Notes under the pieces: generated by a model
The model's input: only the letters and a program-made list of their open reading frames with translations
Database searches by the model: none
Told to the model about the DNA's origin: nothing
Translations under genes and position numbers: made by a program
Source of the DNA: an uncultured virus (IMG/VR IMGVR_UViG_3300035395_000183)
Taxonomy: Duplodnaviria > Heunggongvirae > Uroviricota > Caudoviricetes
Virus record (IMG/VR): IMGVR_UViG_3300035395_000183
Length of the DNA stretch: 64,000 nucleotides
Strand: one strand, 5' to 3'
Shown here: one piece after another, positions 1-8,169 of the stretch
How the letters are laid out: each line of letters begins with the position of its first letter
Numbering within the stretch: position 1 is the first letter of the stretch

Positions 1-97
1 TGGTATCATCCTGCAGATGATGGAAAAGACAATAAATTAGAAATTGATTTTGACAACATCAATGAAGCAATTGAAGAAGCACTAAAATTAATCTAAC

Positions 98-346
98 ATG
101 AAAAAAGATGAAGAAGCAGCATTTCCTTTAACACACGAAGGTTTAATAGGACACGATGCGCAAAATTACCCAATGTATGGCACAATAGTTGCTAAAGGAA
201 TGTCAATGCGATTCTATGCAGCATGTGCTGTTACACAAGGATTGCTTGCGGGAAATGAACTTAGTAAATATGTGATAGATCCAACAACAATTGTACAACA
301 AGCATATAAATTTGCTGACGAATTGTTAAAACAAGAAAACCAATGA
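98..346 (+). CDS. hypothetical phage protein
   Basis: 82-aa ORF with the common phage small-protein pattern AFP...GMSMRFYAA; ends in TGA overlapping the next ATG (ATGA). Confidence 0.7.
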   Translation: MKKDEEAAFPLTHEGLIGHDAQNYPMYGTIVAKGMSMRFYAACAVTQGLLAGNELSKYVIDPTTIVQQAYKFADELLKQENQ

Positions 347-1545
347 GAAAATTAATGAAAAGATTCAAATTAATTGAAGAATACCCTGGAAGTCCTAAAT
401 TAGGAGATGTAATTGAACCGTTAGTCAATCCAGGAAACACCAGTAAATATTGTTATATTATTGGTTCCCATGTATTGTCAGCAAAAGCAGTTGAGGATAA
501 TCCAAAGTTTTGGAAAGAATTAATTGAAGTTCCTGAATATGTGAAATGGGTGTCTAATGTTGGGGCATACTATTTTGGAAAACTTGTTACTGAGGATAAA
601 TTTGTAAATGGCAAAATCTTTAATACAAAGAAAGATGCTTTTCTTATGAATATGAGTTGGCAAGATGCTTTAACTCCCGAGCTTTATTCAAAGAATTTTA
701 TCCCCTCCACCAAAGAAGATTATGACTTACAAAACATCCCTGATTATACCGGGGTATGTTTTAAAAATTACGCTAATGATTTATATAGAATATCAAGTCT
801 TTTTGAAAAAGATAAAGTATTCTTAAACAGGGGGAATAAAAGATTACCTACACATTGGTACTTACGTGACGTGCATGAATTATTTAGTACTGGTAAATGG
901 ATACAAGTTCCTCTTGAAGAGTATGAAGAATTGTATTTTCCAAAACCAAAGGAATATGAAATTCTTTCTTATAAAAACACTTGGAAGGATTTATTCTCTC
1001 TTCATATCGACGGATTATACTACCATGAAAGTTGGCATATTAGTTGTCGCACTGGATTAAAATTAGATCAAAATGATATTAATTTTCACATCCATTCAAT
1101 AAAACGTCTTGCAGATGGTGTTGTTTTCACATTGGGGGATAAATTAACCGAAGGTGTAATTGAAAATATTCACATTGGAAAAGTAAATACAGGTATATTT
1201 ATTAATATGCCAAATTATATTGGATTACCTTTAGAAGAAGCTAAACATGCTCCTACTCCTTTGTTTATTACAGAAGATGGTGTAGGAATTAGAAAAGGAG
1301 ATTATTACCATGCTTATAATCCGAGAGTAGAAAATGTATGGACCACAAAATGTAATGAACGAACCCAACTTAGTAAAGGAATTTTAGCATTTTCAACTCT
1401 TGAATTAGCTAAAAATTACAAAGAATTACATAAACTTAGTTTTTCTAAAAAGCAAATTAAAGAGATTTTGGAATCAATTGCTACTCAATATGGTAGTGCG
1501 TATCAATACAAAATTGAATTAGAAAAGAGGTTTGGATTAGAATAA
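343..1545 (+). CDS. hypothetical protein
   Basis: 400-aa uninterrupted ORF, no recognised motif. Confidence 0.7.
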   Translation: MRKLMKRFKLIEEYPGSPKLGDVIEPLVNPGNTSKYCYIIGSHVLSAKAVEDNPKFWKELIEVPEYVKWVSNVGAYYFGKLVTEDKFVNGKIFNTKKDAFLMNMSWQDALTPELYSKNFIPSTKEDYDLQNIPDYTGVCFKNYANDLYRISSLFEKDKVFLNRGNKRLPTHWYLRDVHELFSTGKWIQVPLEEYEELYFPKPKEYEILSYKNTWKDLFSLHIDGLYYHESWHISCRTGLKLDQNDINFHIHSIKRLADGVVFTLGDKLTEGVIENIHIGKVNTGIFINMPNYIGLPLEEAKHAPTPLFITEDGVGIRKGDYYHAYNPRVENVWTTKCNERTQLSKGILAFSTLELAKNYKELHKLSFSKKQIKEILESIATQYGSAYQYKIELEKRFGLE

Positions 1546-1552
1546 AGAATAC

Positions 1553-1637
1553 GGAAGTGACCCGGCTGAATGAGGGAACACTCTTGAAAAGTGTTAACAG
1601 GTAAACTCTGTTGTGAGTTTGAGTCTCACTGCTTTCG
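1553..1637 (+). tRNA. tRNA-Ser (anticodon TGA)
   Basis: Anticodon arm ACACT-CTTGAAA-AGTGT, long variable arm AACAG..CTGTT, T-arm TGAG-TTTGAGT-CTCA, G73. Confidence 0.8.
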
Positions 1638-1890
1638 CAGTGCAGTCATGAGTGAGGTTCTTAACTTAGGACCAATACAAAGATAGTTAATGGTAGTCTT
1701 GCTGATAGGGATATCAGACTAACCAATTGCCATAAAACTCAGTGCTGTCCTGATACACTGTCAAAACAAAAGGAAAGTTGTTATCGGTACTTTTAATAAT
1801 TGCAACCGTTCGGGTCTAAGTAGTCGTCAGTATTTAGGGGTTCGCCAGAATCAGTCTGGTCTTTTTTTCAGTGGTTTTAAGCAAAAAACC

Positions 1891-1933
1891 AAAGCAACCC
1901 TATCTCTATTAGTACGGGATAGGCTTGCTTTTA
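1891..1933 (+). terminator. putative intrinsic terminator
   Basis: Hairpin AAAGCAACCCTATC..GATAGGCTTGCTTT followed by a T run. Confidence 0.5.
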
Positions 1934-1953
1934 AATTTAAAAAATAATAATTT

Positions 1954-2610
1954 ATGAGCTATATCTATTGCGTTACAAATACTGTAAATAATAAGAAATA
2001 TGTAGGAAAATCAGCGTATTCTTTAGAAAAAAGATGAAAAGAACATTGTAATGATTATAATAAGGAAAGATGTGAGAAACGACCATTGTATGATGCAATG
2101 TCTAAATATGGAATAGATAAATTTATACTTGAGTTACTAGAAGAATGTGATGAAATTAATTTATCGTCTGCGGAATCTTATTGAATAGAAACGTTAGAAA
2201 CATTTAAAGATGGATATAATGCAACTTTAGGAGGAGACGGATCTATCTTATTTGATTATCAATTAATTGTTAATACATTTAATACTGGATTAACTGTAAA
2301 AGCAACTGCTGAGAAAATAGGATGCTGTATTGACACTGTTAGAGATGTATTGCGATTATACAAAATTGATTCTTGTAAACATAGAACAATAAATACTTCA
2401 AAATCTATTAATCAACTAGATTTAAATGGAAAATATTTAAAAACTTTTAAATCAACAATGGAAGCAATTCAATGATTGTATGAAAATGGATATACTAAAA
2501 GTCCTAGTACTGGAAATAGTAGTCATTTAGGTCAAGTTGCTAATGGTAAGCAAAATACAGCTTATAAATTTAAATGAGAATGAACAAAAATTGGAGAAGA
2601 CAATCTGTAG
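1954..2610 (+). CDS. free-standing GIY-YIG homing endonuclease with C-terminal NUMOD1-like domain (TGA=Trp)
   Basis: Absent from the ORF track. Reads MSYIYCVTNTVNNKKYVGKS..KR*KEH..ESY*IE..GYNATLGGDG..TAYKFK*E*. In-frame TGA at 2035, 2182, 2473, 2575 and 2581, mostly at positions where this family has Trp; TAG stop at 2608-2610. Confidence 0.85.
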
Positions 2611-2678
2611 GGAATAGGGCTTGCCTGCTAAGCAATGCGTTCGCTTAGGCGAATTCGAATCGTAATCGAGTTTCTCCG
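2593..2678 (+). tRNA. tRNA-Ser (anticodon GCT)
   Basis: Acceptor GGAGAAG/TTTCTCC, anticodon arm TTGC-CTGCTAA-GCAA, long variable arm, G73. Confidence 0.8.
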
Positions 2679-2734
2679 CAAATTAAATCGCAACTTATTA
2701 ACTCAATCAATATAATAACAATTAAAACAAACGA

Positions 2735-3541
2735 ATGGAAACTAAAACAAGCATTGAAGAAAAAACATTGTTTTTTCATGGAAAATCAGCAGACGGAAGA
2801 CGTTTTACATTAGCAGCCAAATTTGTAGACGATGCTCTCTTACTTGGCATAGCTGTTTGTAGTAAAACTGACCAATTTATTAAACATGTTGGTCGCAAGA
2901 AAGCAGAGGGTCGACTCTTTTCGTATAATTTTAAAGGATGTACAATTTCATCATTGTATTCTGAAAAATTCTTTGAAGAATATGCAACAGAGCTTGGACT
3001 TGTTCAGGATTGGTTTGTAGGTAAAGAATTAAAGGTATTCATTACTGTAAGTCATAAAATTGAAGCCATGACATTTAAAGAAATTAAAACTTTGTTTAAC
3101 TTTCTTTACTAATGGATTACTTCTCATGGATAAATATAAATTATTCTTGGGGAAGTAAAAACAATAATCAGAAGCCTAAAGATCCGAATTCAAATTCAGC
3201 TTTACGGGGCTATGAACGAAGACTTGCTCAGCTTTTGGTACGGGAACAAACTCCAAGAGTAGTAGCAGAAATTAAAAAGTTGCATCAAAAAATTGAGGCA
3301 CAAAAAGAAAAAATACGAAAAAGAAATGAGAAAATACATAGTTCTTAAAAATTGGGACACAAATCAATACTACACTCATCGTTATCAGCGTTTTTGGTCT
3401 AAAGACATTGAAGCAGCTTATAAGTTTAACGAAGATGAGGAAGATGAAATTGAACGAATTCTACAAGAATATGAAGATCAGTTTGAACATGTATCTTTCT
3501 TAGTTCGTGAAACCATTTATCAATTAGACAAACATGACTAA
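2735..3541 (+). CDS. three small hypothetical proteins (2735-3112, 3112-3348, ~3326-3541)
   Basis: Closely packed ORFs with TAATG-type coupling. Confidence 0.6.
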
Positions 3542-3876
3542 AAAACTGCTAGGAAATTATACAAAACGTTTCTGTAAAGAACATGGTTCCTATTATGTTG
3601 TAGAAGGAAAGTCATTCCAATGTCCTAAATGTAAACAAGTAGAAAATGACAAAACAACGCGATCCAAACAGCAAACGCTCACAACGTAGAGCAAACAGAA
3701 ACTTTACAGCATCACGTCCTGAACGTAGAGCTGCTTCACGATTAGCATATGCAATGGGTGGTTATAATCCAAGCGATGTTAGTTGTACAAAACCCGGTGC
3801 TGTAAAGCATTGGTAATAATGCTTGCAGTTCTTAGCCTTTGGGTCTGCAGATAAAATATTAAAGCTCAAGGCAAAT

Positions 3877-3961
3877 TGAGGATTATTCCGTAAGTGGTAG
3901 CGGGCTTGACTGTAAATCAAGCGTCATTGTGACTCGGGTGGTTCGACTCCATCATCCTCAA
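3877..3961 (+). tRNA. tRNA-Tyr (anticodon GTA)
   Basis: Acceptor TGAGGAT/ATCCTCA, CTTGA-CTGTAAA-TCAAG, long variable arm, GGTTCGA T-loop. Confidence 0.9.
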
Positions 3962-3981
3962 CAAAACTAAATTAGACAAAT

Positions 3982-4377
3982 ATGTTTGAAAATGCAATAA
4001 ATTGAAAGAAACAAGGAGATATAGGCATGTGTTATGCGATAGCCTATTATTCCAAAATGGGATGAACAATATCCATTCCTATAACAGATTCACAAGATTA
4101 TGATTTAATAGTAGATACAGGTTCTTCATTACTTAAAGTTCAGGTCAAAACAACTAGTCAGATAGCACCAAGTGGTGCTTCAGTAGTTGCTTTAAGAACA
4201 AATGGAGGAAATAAAAGTGGCAGCACTAGTAAAAACTTTGATGAAAATGAAAGTGATTTGTTATTTGTTATGACTAATCAAGCGGAGTTCTTCTCTATTC
4301 CAAGAAAAGAGATTACAGCAGTCAGTTCAATTACTTTAAGCGAAAAATATTTGCCTTATAAAGTTACTTTATTATAA
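3982..4377 (+). CDS. PD-(D/E)XK homing endonuclease, I-Ssp6803I-like (TGA=Trp)
   Basis: Absent from the ORF track. MFENAIN*KKQGDIGMCYAIAYYSKMG*TISIPITDSQDYDLIVD..KVQVKTTS; TGA at 4003 and 4063; YDLIVD/VQVKT motif. Confidence 0.8.
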
Positions 4378-4422
4378 ATCCGTTACATTGAAACACTGTA
4401 GGTTCGAATTCTACCGGCGGTA
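4375..4422 (+). pseudogene. orphan 3' half of a type II tRNA (Leu- or Tyr-like)
   Basis: TAAATCCGT, long variable region, GTAGG-TTCGAAT-TCTAC T-arm, CGGCGGT-A; no matching 5' half found. Confidence 0.7.
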
Positions 4423-4428
4423 CTACAT

Positions 4429-4489
4429 GGAGTCTAACCTTGGGTTATTGGTTCGCGACCAAGAGAGGTTCGAATCCTCTCAGACTCCC
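4429..4489 (+). ncRNA. minimal tRNA-like element
   Basis: Perfect acceptor GGAGTCT/AGACTCC, T-arm GAGAGG-TTCGAAT-CCTCTC, mini D hairpin AACC-TTG-GGTT, arm TTGG-TTCGCGA-CCAA. Confidence 0.6.
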
Positions 4490-4616
4490 TAATTAATTCC
4501 ACTACGATATACGAACAAACATCATTAATCTGGTCGTTGAGGTCAAAATGTCAATTTAATAATTTAACAGCGGGATGATGCCCAAGTTAAAGCGGAATTA
4601 ATTTTTAATAAATGTT

Positions 4617-4898
4617 ATGAAAATCAAATTAAAAAACCTATTCTTAGGATTAAAAGAACAACTACCCTGGCGGAGAGCTTTTAGAAATTTTTTCATTACA
4701 GGCAATGCTTGGGGAATGTTTTATTTAAGTTCTCATCAACGTACCGATATTCAGAAAACAAAAGTAATGTACAACACTAAAGCTTCAGCATTAAAAGCTG
4801 CAGAAGCTATGAAAAAGAAACAAAATACGCATTTTAGTGTATATAAATGTATCTTTTGTGATGGATATCATCTTGGTAGAAACAGAGATAACAAATAA
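4617..4898 (+). CDS. hypothetical protein with C-terminal CxxC..H zinc-binding-like motif
   Basis: VYKCIFCDGYHLG. Confidence 0.6.
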   Translation: MKIKLKNLFLGLKEQLPWRRAFRNFFITGNAWGMFYLSSHQRTDIQKTKVMYNTKASALKAAEAMKKKQNTHFSVYKCIFCDGYHLGRNRDNK

Positions 4899-5377
4899 AG
4901 AAATACTGGCTATAAACATTACTTACTTCTAACTTGTCTGTAACACAAATCTTAGTAGTTTAATTTCCAGTTAACTTTTAAACAAACAATTATGGATTTA
5001 AAAAATCTTATAAAGGCTAATGAAATCCAATGGAATCTAAAAGAAATGTATGTGGATCGTTTATTACGTTGGTATCCCGATTACTTAATATTTAGATCTG
5101 CTCCACACCCTGAATATTTTGTATTTAGGTTAAAATCAGAAGAATGGTCAGAAGATCATTCTAATGATATATATATTCACTACACACAATTGTGTGATAT
5201 AACTATGTAATAAGAAGCTCTTCTAGCCTATAGCGGTGGAAGTAAAACTAAATAGATATCAGTAACGATCGAAACTGTTAATCTGCGGTCATATGTTGGC
5301 TTTGGTAATGTGTTGCACTCACAAGAAATTATCCACGTTTCTATTAATAAGTTAGCATCTATTAAGTAGAAACAATC

Positions 5378-5449
5378 GGTTCCCTAGTTCAGAGGCTAGA
5401 ATACTAGATTTGTAATCTTGAGACTACGGTTCGAGTCCGTGGGGAACCT
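5378..5449 (+). tRNA. tRNA-Thr (anticodon TGT), atypical acceptor
   Basis: Acceptor GGTTCCC/GGGAACC, anticodon loop TTTGTAA, T-arm TACGG-TTCGAGT-CCGTG. Confidence 0.75.
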
Positions 5450-5588
5450 CAAACAAATAAATTAAATAAAATCAAATGGAACTGAAATATGATGAAGCAC
5501 GAGATAAACCAGGATGTAATGTAACGATTTCTCCTGGATGTTTAGTAATTATAACAATAATCCTGTTACTTATAACATTACTTTAATT

Positions 5589-5984
5589 ATGACTTTACAA
5601 GAAAAAATTCAAGCAGACTTAACTGCAATTCCTATTAGAACAGAAAAAGAAACAAGAGAATTATTAAAAACTCTATTAGCTGAAATTAAACTTAAGAAAG
5701 GTAATACTCCATCTGATGATGAAGTGTTAGCTGTTGTTCGTAAGTTTAAAGAAAATGCTATTGAGTGTAATAATTTAACAGAAGTTCCTATTCTTGATGC
5801 ATACTTGCCAAAAATGTTATCAAGTAAAGAAATCTTTGATATTGTCAGTGGTATTATTGTATTAAATAATTTTACTACAACCAAAGATTTAGGGCAGATA
5901 ATGGCAAAACTTAAAGAACGTGCAGACTTTAATCAAATTGATAAGAAGTTTGCAAATACGGTAGCAAAAGATTTATTAACATAA
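5589..5984 (+). CDS. GatB/YqeY domain protein
   Basis: MTLQEKIQADL..LLAEIK..SDDEVLAVVRK..ILDAYLPKMLS..KDLGQIM matches the YqeY pattern. Confidence 0.75.
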   Translation: MTLQEKIQADLTAIPIRTEKETRELLKTLLAEIKLKKGNTPSDDEVLAVVRKFKENAIECNNLTEVPILDAYLPKMLSSKEIFDIVSGIIVLNNFTTTKDLGQIMAKLKERADFNQIDKKFANTVAKDLLT

Positions 5985-5990
5985 TAAGAT

Positions 5991-6017
5991 GCCTGATTGG
6001 TGGAATTGGTAGACACG
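5991..6017 (+). pseudogene. 5' fragment of a disrupted tRNA-Leu
   Basis: GCCTGAT-TG-GTGGAATTGGTAGACACG, a Leu-type D-arm; acceptor strand can pair with ATTGGGT at 6881-6887. Confidence 0.75.
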
Positions 6018-6020
6018 TAT

Positions 6021-6102
6021 GCTCTCGTGGCGTAATTGGTAGCCGTGTTAGTTTTAGGAACTAATGTCGAAAGACGTGCCGGTTCGATTCCGGCCGAGAG
6101 TA
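6021..6102 (+). tRNA. tRNA-Leu (anticodon TAG)
   Basis: GCTCTCG/CGAGAGT-A, TTAGT-TTTAGGA-ACTAA, variable arm GTC-GAAA-GAC. Confidence 0.9.
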
Positions 6103-6113
6103 CAACTTAATTA

Positions 6114-6551
6114 ATGAATATGAGAAATGACATCCTGGAAAGGAAAGAAGAGATTCTCCAATGAATTGCGGAGAATGAAACTAATGCCGAAATGGCAAGA
6201 AGATTGGAATGTAAAGTAGATACTTTAAAAGGATACTACAAAAAATGAGGAATTGAATATGGTGGTAATCAAGGAGCGAAGGGTAAAAAATCCAATCCTA
6301 AACGAAAAACTGCCGAAGAATTATCTCAGAATCCTATAACAAACTCTCATAGATTACGCTTAAGAATTCTTGAGGATGGAGTTAGAGAACACAGATGTGA
6401 ACAATGTGAAAATACTGAATGAATGGGAGAACCTATTCCTTTAGAATTACATCATATAGATGGTAATCATAATAACAATGATTTATCTAATATACAGTTA
6501 TTGTGTCCTAATTGTCATGCTCAAACAGACAATTTTTCAAACAAAAAATAA
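6114..6551 (+). CDS. HNH homing endonuclease (TGA=Trp)
   Basis: Absent from the ORF track. CEQCENTE*MGEPIPLELHHIDGNHNNNDLSNIQLLCPNCHAQT; TGA at 6162, 6246 and 6420, the last at the family's EW.G.PIPLELHH position. Confidence 0.9.
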
Positions 6552-6555
6552 AAAG

Positions 6556-6843
6556 ATGAAAAAACTAATTATAATACTTATGATGTTTTTTGCTTTCACA
6601 ACTTTGAAAGCTCAAAGTACAGTAGACACTGCTCAATGTAAATATGCAGAAATCAATAATTTACAAGGTATGCCTAATGTTGTAATAACATGGGCAGAAG
6701 GAGTTCAAAATACTCTTTTAAAACAAAAAACAATGTTAGATGCCTTGAATTTTATGTCTTTAAAAGGTTGGGAATTTGTATCATCATATGATACTAGATT
6801 TTCACAAGATATATTACATCATTGGATTATCAGACGTAAATAG
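6556..6843 (+). CDS. small secreted protein (signal peptide; DUF4177-like LN...GWEFVS motif)
   Basis: MKKLIIILMMFFAFTTLKAQ signal peptide; its TAG stop coincides with the anticodon of the tRNA remnant. Confidence 0.6.
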   Translation: MKKLIIILMMFFAFTTLKAQSTVDTAQCKYAEINNLQGMPNVVITWAEGVQNTLLKQKTMLDALNFMSLKGWEFVSSYDTRFSQDILHHWIIRRK

Positions 6844-6888
6844 GATCAAGTGCCGAAAGGTGTGTAGGTTCGAGTCCTACATTGGGTA
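6841..6888 (+). pseudogene. 3' fragment of disrupted tRNA-Leu(TAG)
   Basis: TAG-GA-TCAAG, variable arm GCC-GAAA-GGT, GTAGG-TTCGAGT-CCTAC, ATTGGGT-A. Confidence 0.8.
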
Positions 6889-7061
6889 CAAACATTAAAT
6901 AAATAAATTATGTTAAATAGAATAATACAAATACCTCTTTTACTTCTTGCGTTTATAATTCTAATAAGTGTAATAATTCCAATATTTTATTGGTTATTTA
7001 CTGGAGAGGATCCTGCGGATAAGTTTTGTGATGTTGTTGAACAAATCTTAGATATTGAAAT

Positions 7062-7400
7062 ATGGTAGATTTTCAACGATTACAAGCCCATTTAGACAAT
7101 GGCGAAATAGAGTATGTTATGTGCGCTGCTAATTGGATTGATGATGGAAAACATTATACTCATAAACCATTTAATATAAACACAGGAATTGTATTTAGTG
7201 GATGGAGACATGGTAGTATTTTTGAACAATCACAAATTGGATATCCATTTTATATGTATGGTGATAAAACAATACAAGGTTTTTTAACTACAAAGAATCG
7301 CTTTCTTAATAGAGAAGATGCTTTGGAATTAGTGAAAAGAATAGGACAATTAACTAAACCTTTAATTGGAGGAACATTAACAAGCGAGGATTTATGGTAA
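7062..7400 (+). CDS. conserved hypothetical phage protein
   Basis: CAANW..G.RH..QGFLTTKNRFLNREDA..LTSEDLW pattern. Confidence 0.65.
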   Translation: MVDFQRLQAHLDNGEIEYVMCAANWIDDGKHYTHKPFNINTGIVFSGWRHGSIFEQSQIGYPFYMYGDKTIQGFLTTKNRFLNREDALELVKRIGQLTKPLIGGTLTSEDLW

Positions 7401-7536
7401 CATTAATTTTAATCCTTTTTATCATAGTTTTTATTGAACATAGATTCAGTCCAAGATTTGATTACACACTTGAAAATTGGATTATTCTATGGTATGGTCC
7501 ACCTTCAAATAGACAATATATTAAACTAATAAAACT

Positions 7537-7878
7537 ATGAAAACACTTTTATGGCTAGATGATAGTCGAGATCCTTTTACATCTGATTGGTTAATTTTTA
7601 GTCCAATTAAACGACCCTTTCAAACTATATGGGTACAAAATTATGAGGATTTTTGTGATTGGTTAAGAACTAACGGCATTCCAGATGCAGTTTGTTTTGA
7701 TCATGATTTAGGCACAGAAACAACAGGATATGATGCTGCAAAGTTTCTTTGTGCTCAATGTGAGTTGTTAAATGTAGCAGTACCTCTGTATAGTATGCAA
7801 TCAGCAAATACCGTTGGTAGAGATAATATTAGGAGCTATATTGAAAATTTTAAACGATTTTCAGATATAGTTTATTAA
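7537..7878 (+). CDS. cyclic-phosphate-processing receiver-like domain protein
   Basis: LWLDDSRDP..VCFDHDLG..GYD..SAN.VG motif. Confidence 0.7.
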   Translation: MKTLLWLDDSRDPFTSDWLIFSPIKRPFQTIWVQNYEDFCDWLRTNGIPDAVCFDHDLGTETTGYDAAKFLCAQCELLNVAVPLYSMQSANTVGRDNIRSYIENFKRFSDIVY

Positions 7879-7883
7879 AATAA

Positions 7884-7957
7884 GCAGTAGTAGCTCAGTT
7901 GATTAGAGTGCTAGCCTTCCAAGCTGGATGTCGTGGGTTTGAACCCCACCTACTGCT
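7884..7957 (+). tRNA. tRNA-Gly (anticodon TCC)
   Basis: GCAGTAG/CTACTGC-T, CTAGC-CTTCCAA-GCTGG. Confidence 0.9.
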
Positions 7958-7959
7958 CT

Positions 7960-8033
7960 GTGTATGATCCCGAACTGGTCAAGGGGTTGGTTTGTGGTGC
8001 CAATATTAGAGGGTTCGAGTCCCTTCATACACC
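7960..8033 (+). tRNA. tRNA-His (anticodon GTG)
   Basis: GTGTATG/CATACAC-C73, TTGGT-TTGTGGT-GCCAA. Confidence 0.85.
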
Positions 8034-8082
8034 CAATTATTAAATAGTCGATATTATGAATGTATAAATTCATAGATAAAAA

Positions 8083-8169
8083 GGGTGGGTTGCTTTAGAG
8101 GCCGAAAAGTCCAGACTGTTAATCTGGTGAGTGAAAGCTCCATCGTAGGTTCGAATCCTACCCTGCCCT
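8083..8169 (+). tRNA. tRNA-Asn (anticodon GTT) with long variable arm
   Basis: GGGTGGG/CCTGCCC, CCAGA-CTGTTAA-TCTGG, variable arm GAG-TGAAAG-CTC. Confidence 0.8.

Noticed and set aside
1553..1637. tRNA with TGA in the anticodon loop as the opal suppressor
   Set aside because: Anticodon UGA reads UCA (Ser); an opal suppressor needs anticodon UCA. The body is Ser-type. No UCA-anticodon tRNA was found in the window.
6460..6555. N-terminal extension of track ORF 6460-6843
   Set aside because: It overlaps the HNH motif in another frame; the signal-peptide start at 6556 is more plausible.
6018..6840. Self-splicing intron within tRNA-Leu
   Set aside because: No group I or II core is visible, the insert contains a full tRNA, and joining the flanks leaves the anticodon stem incomplete.
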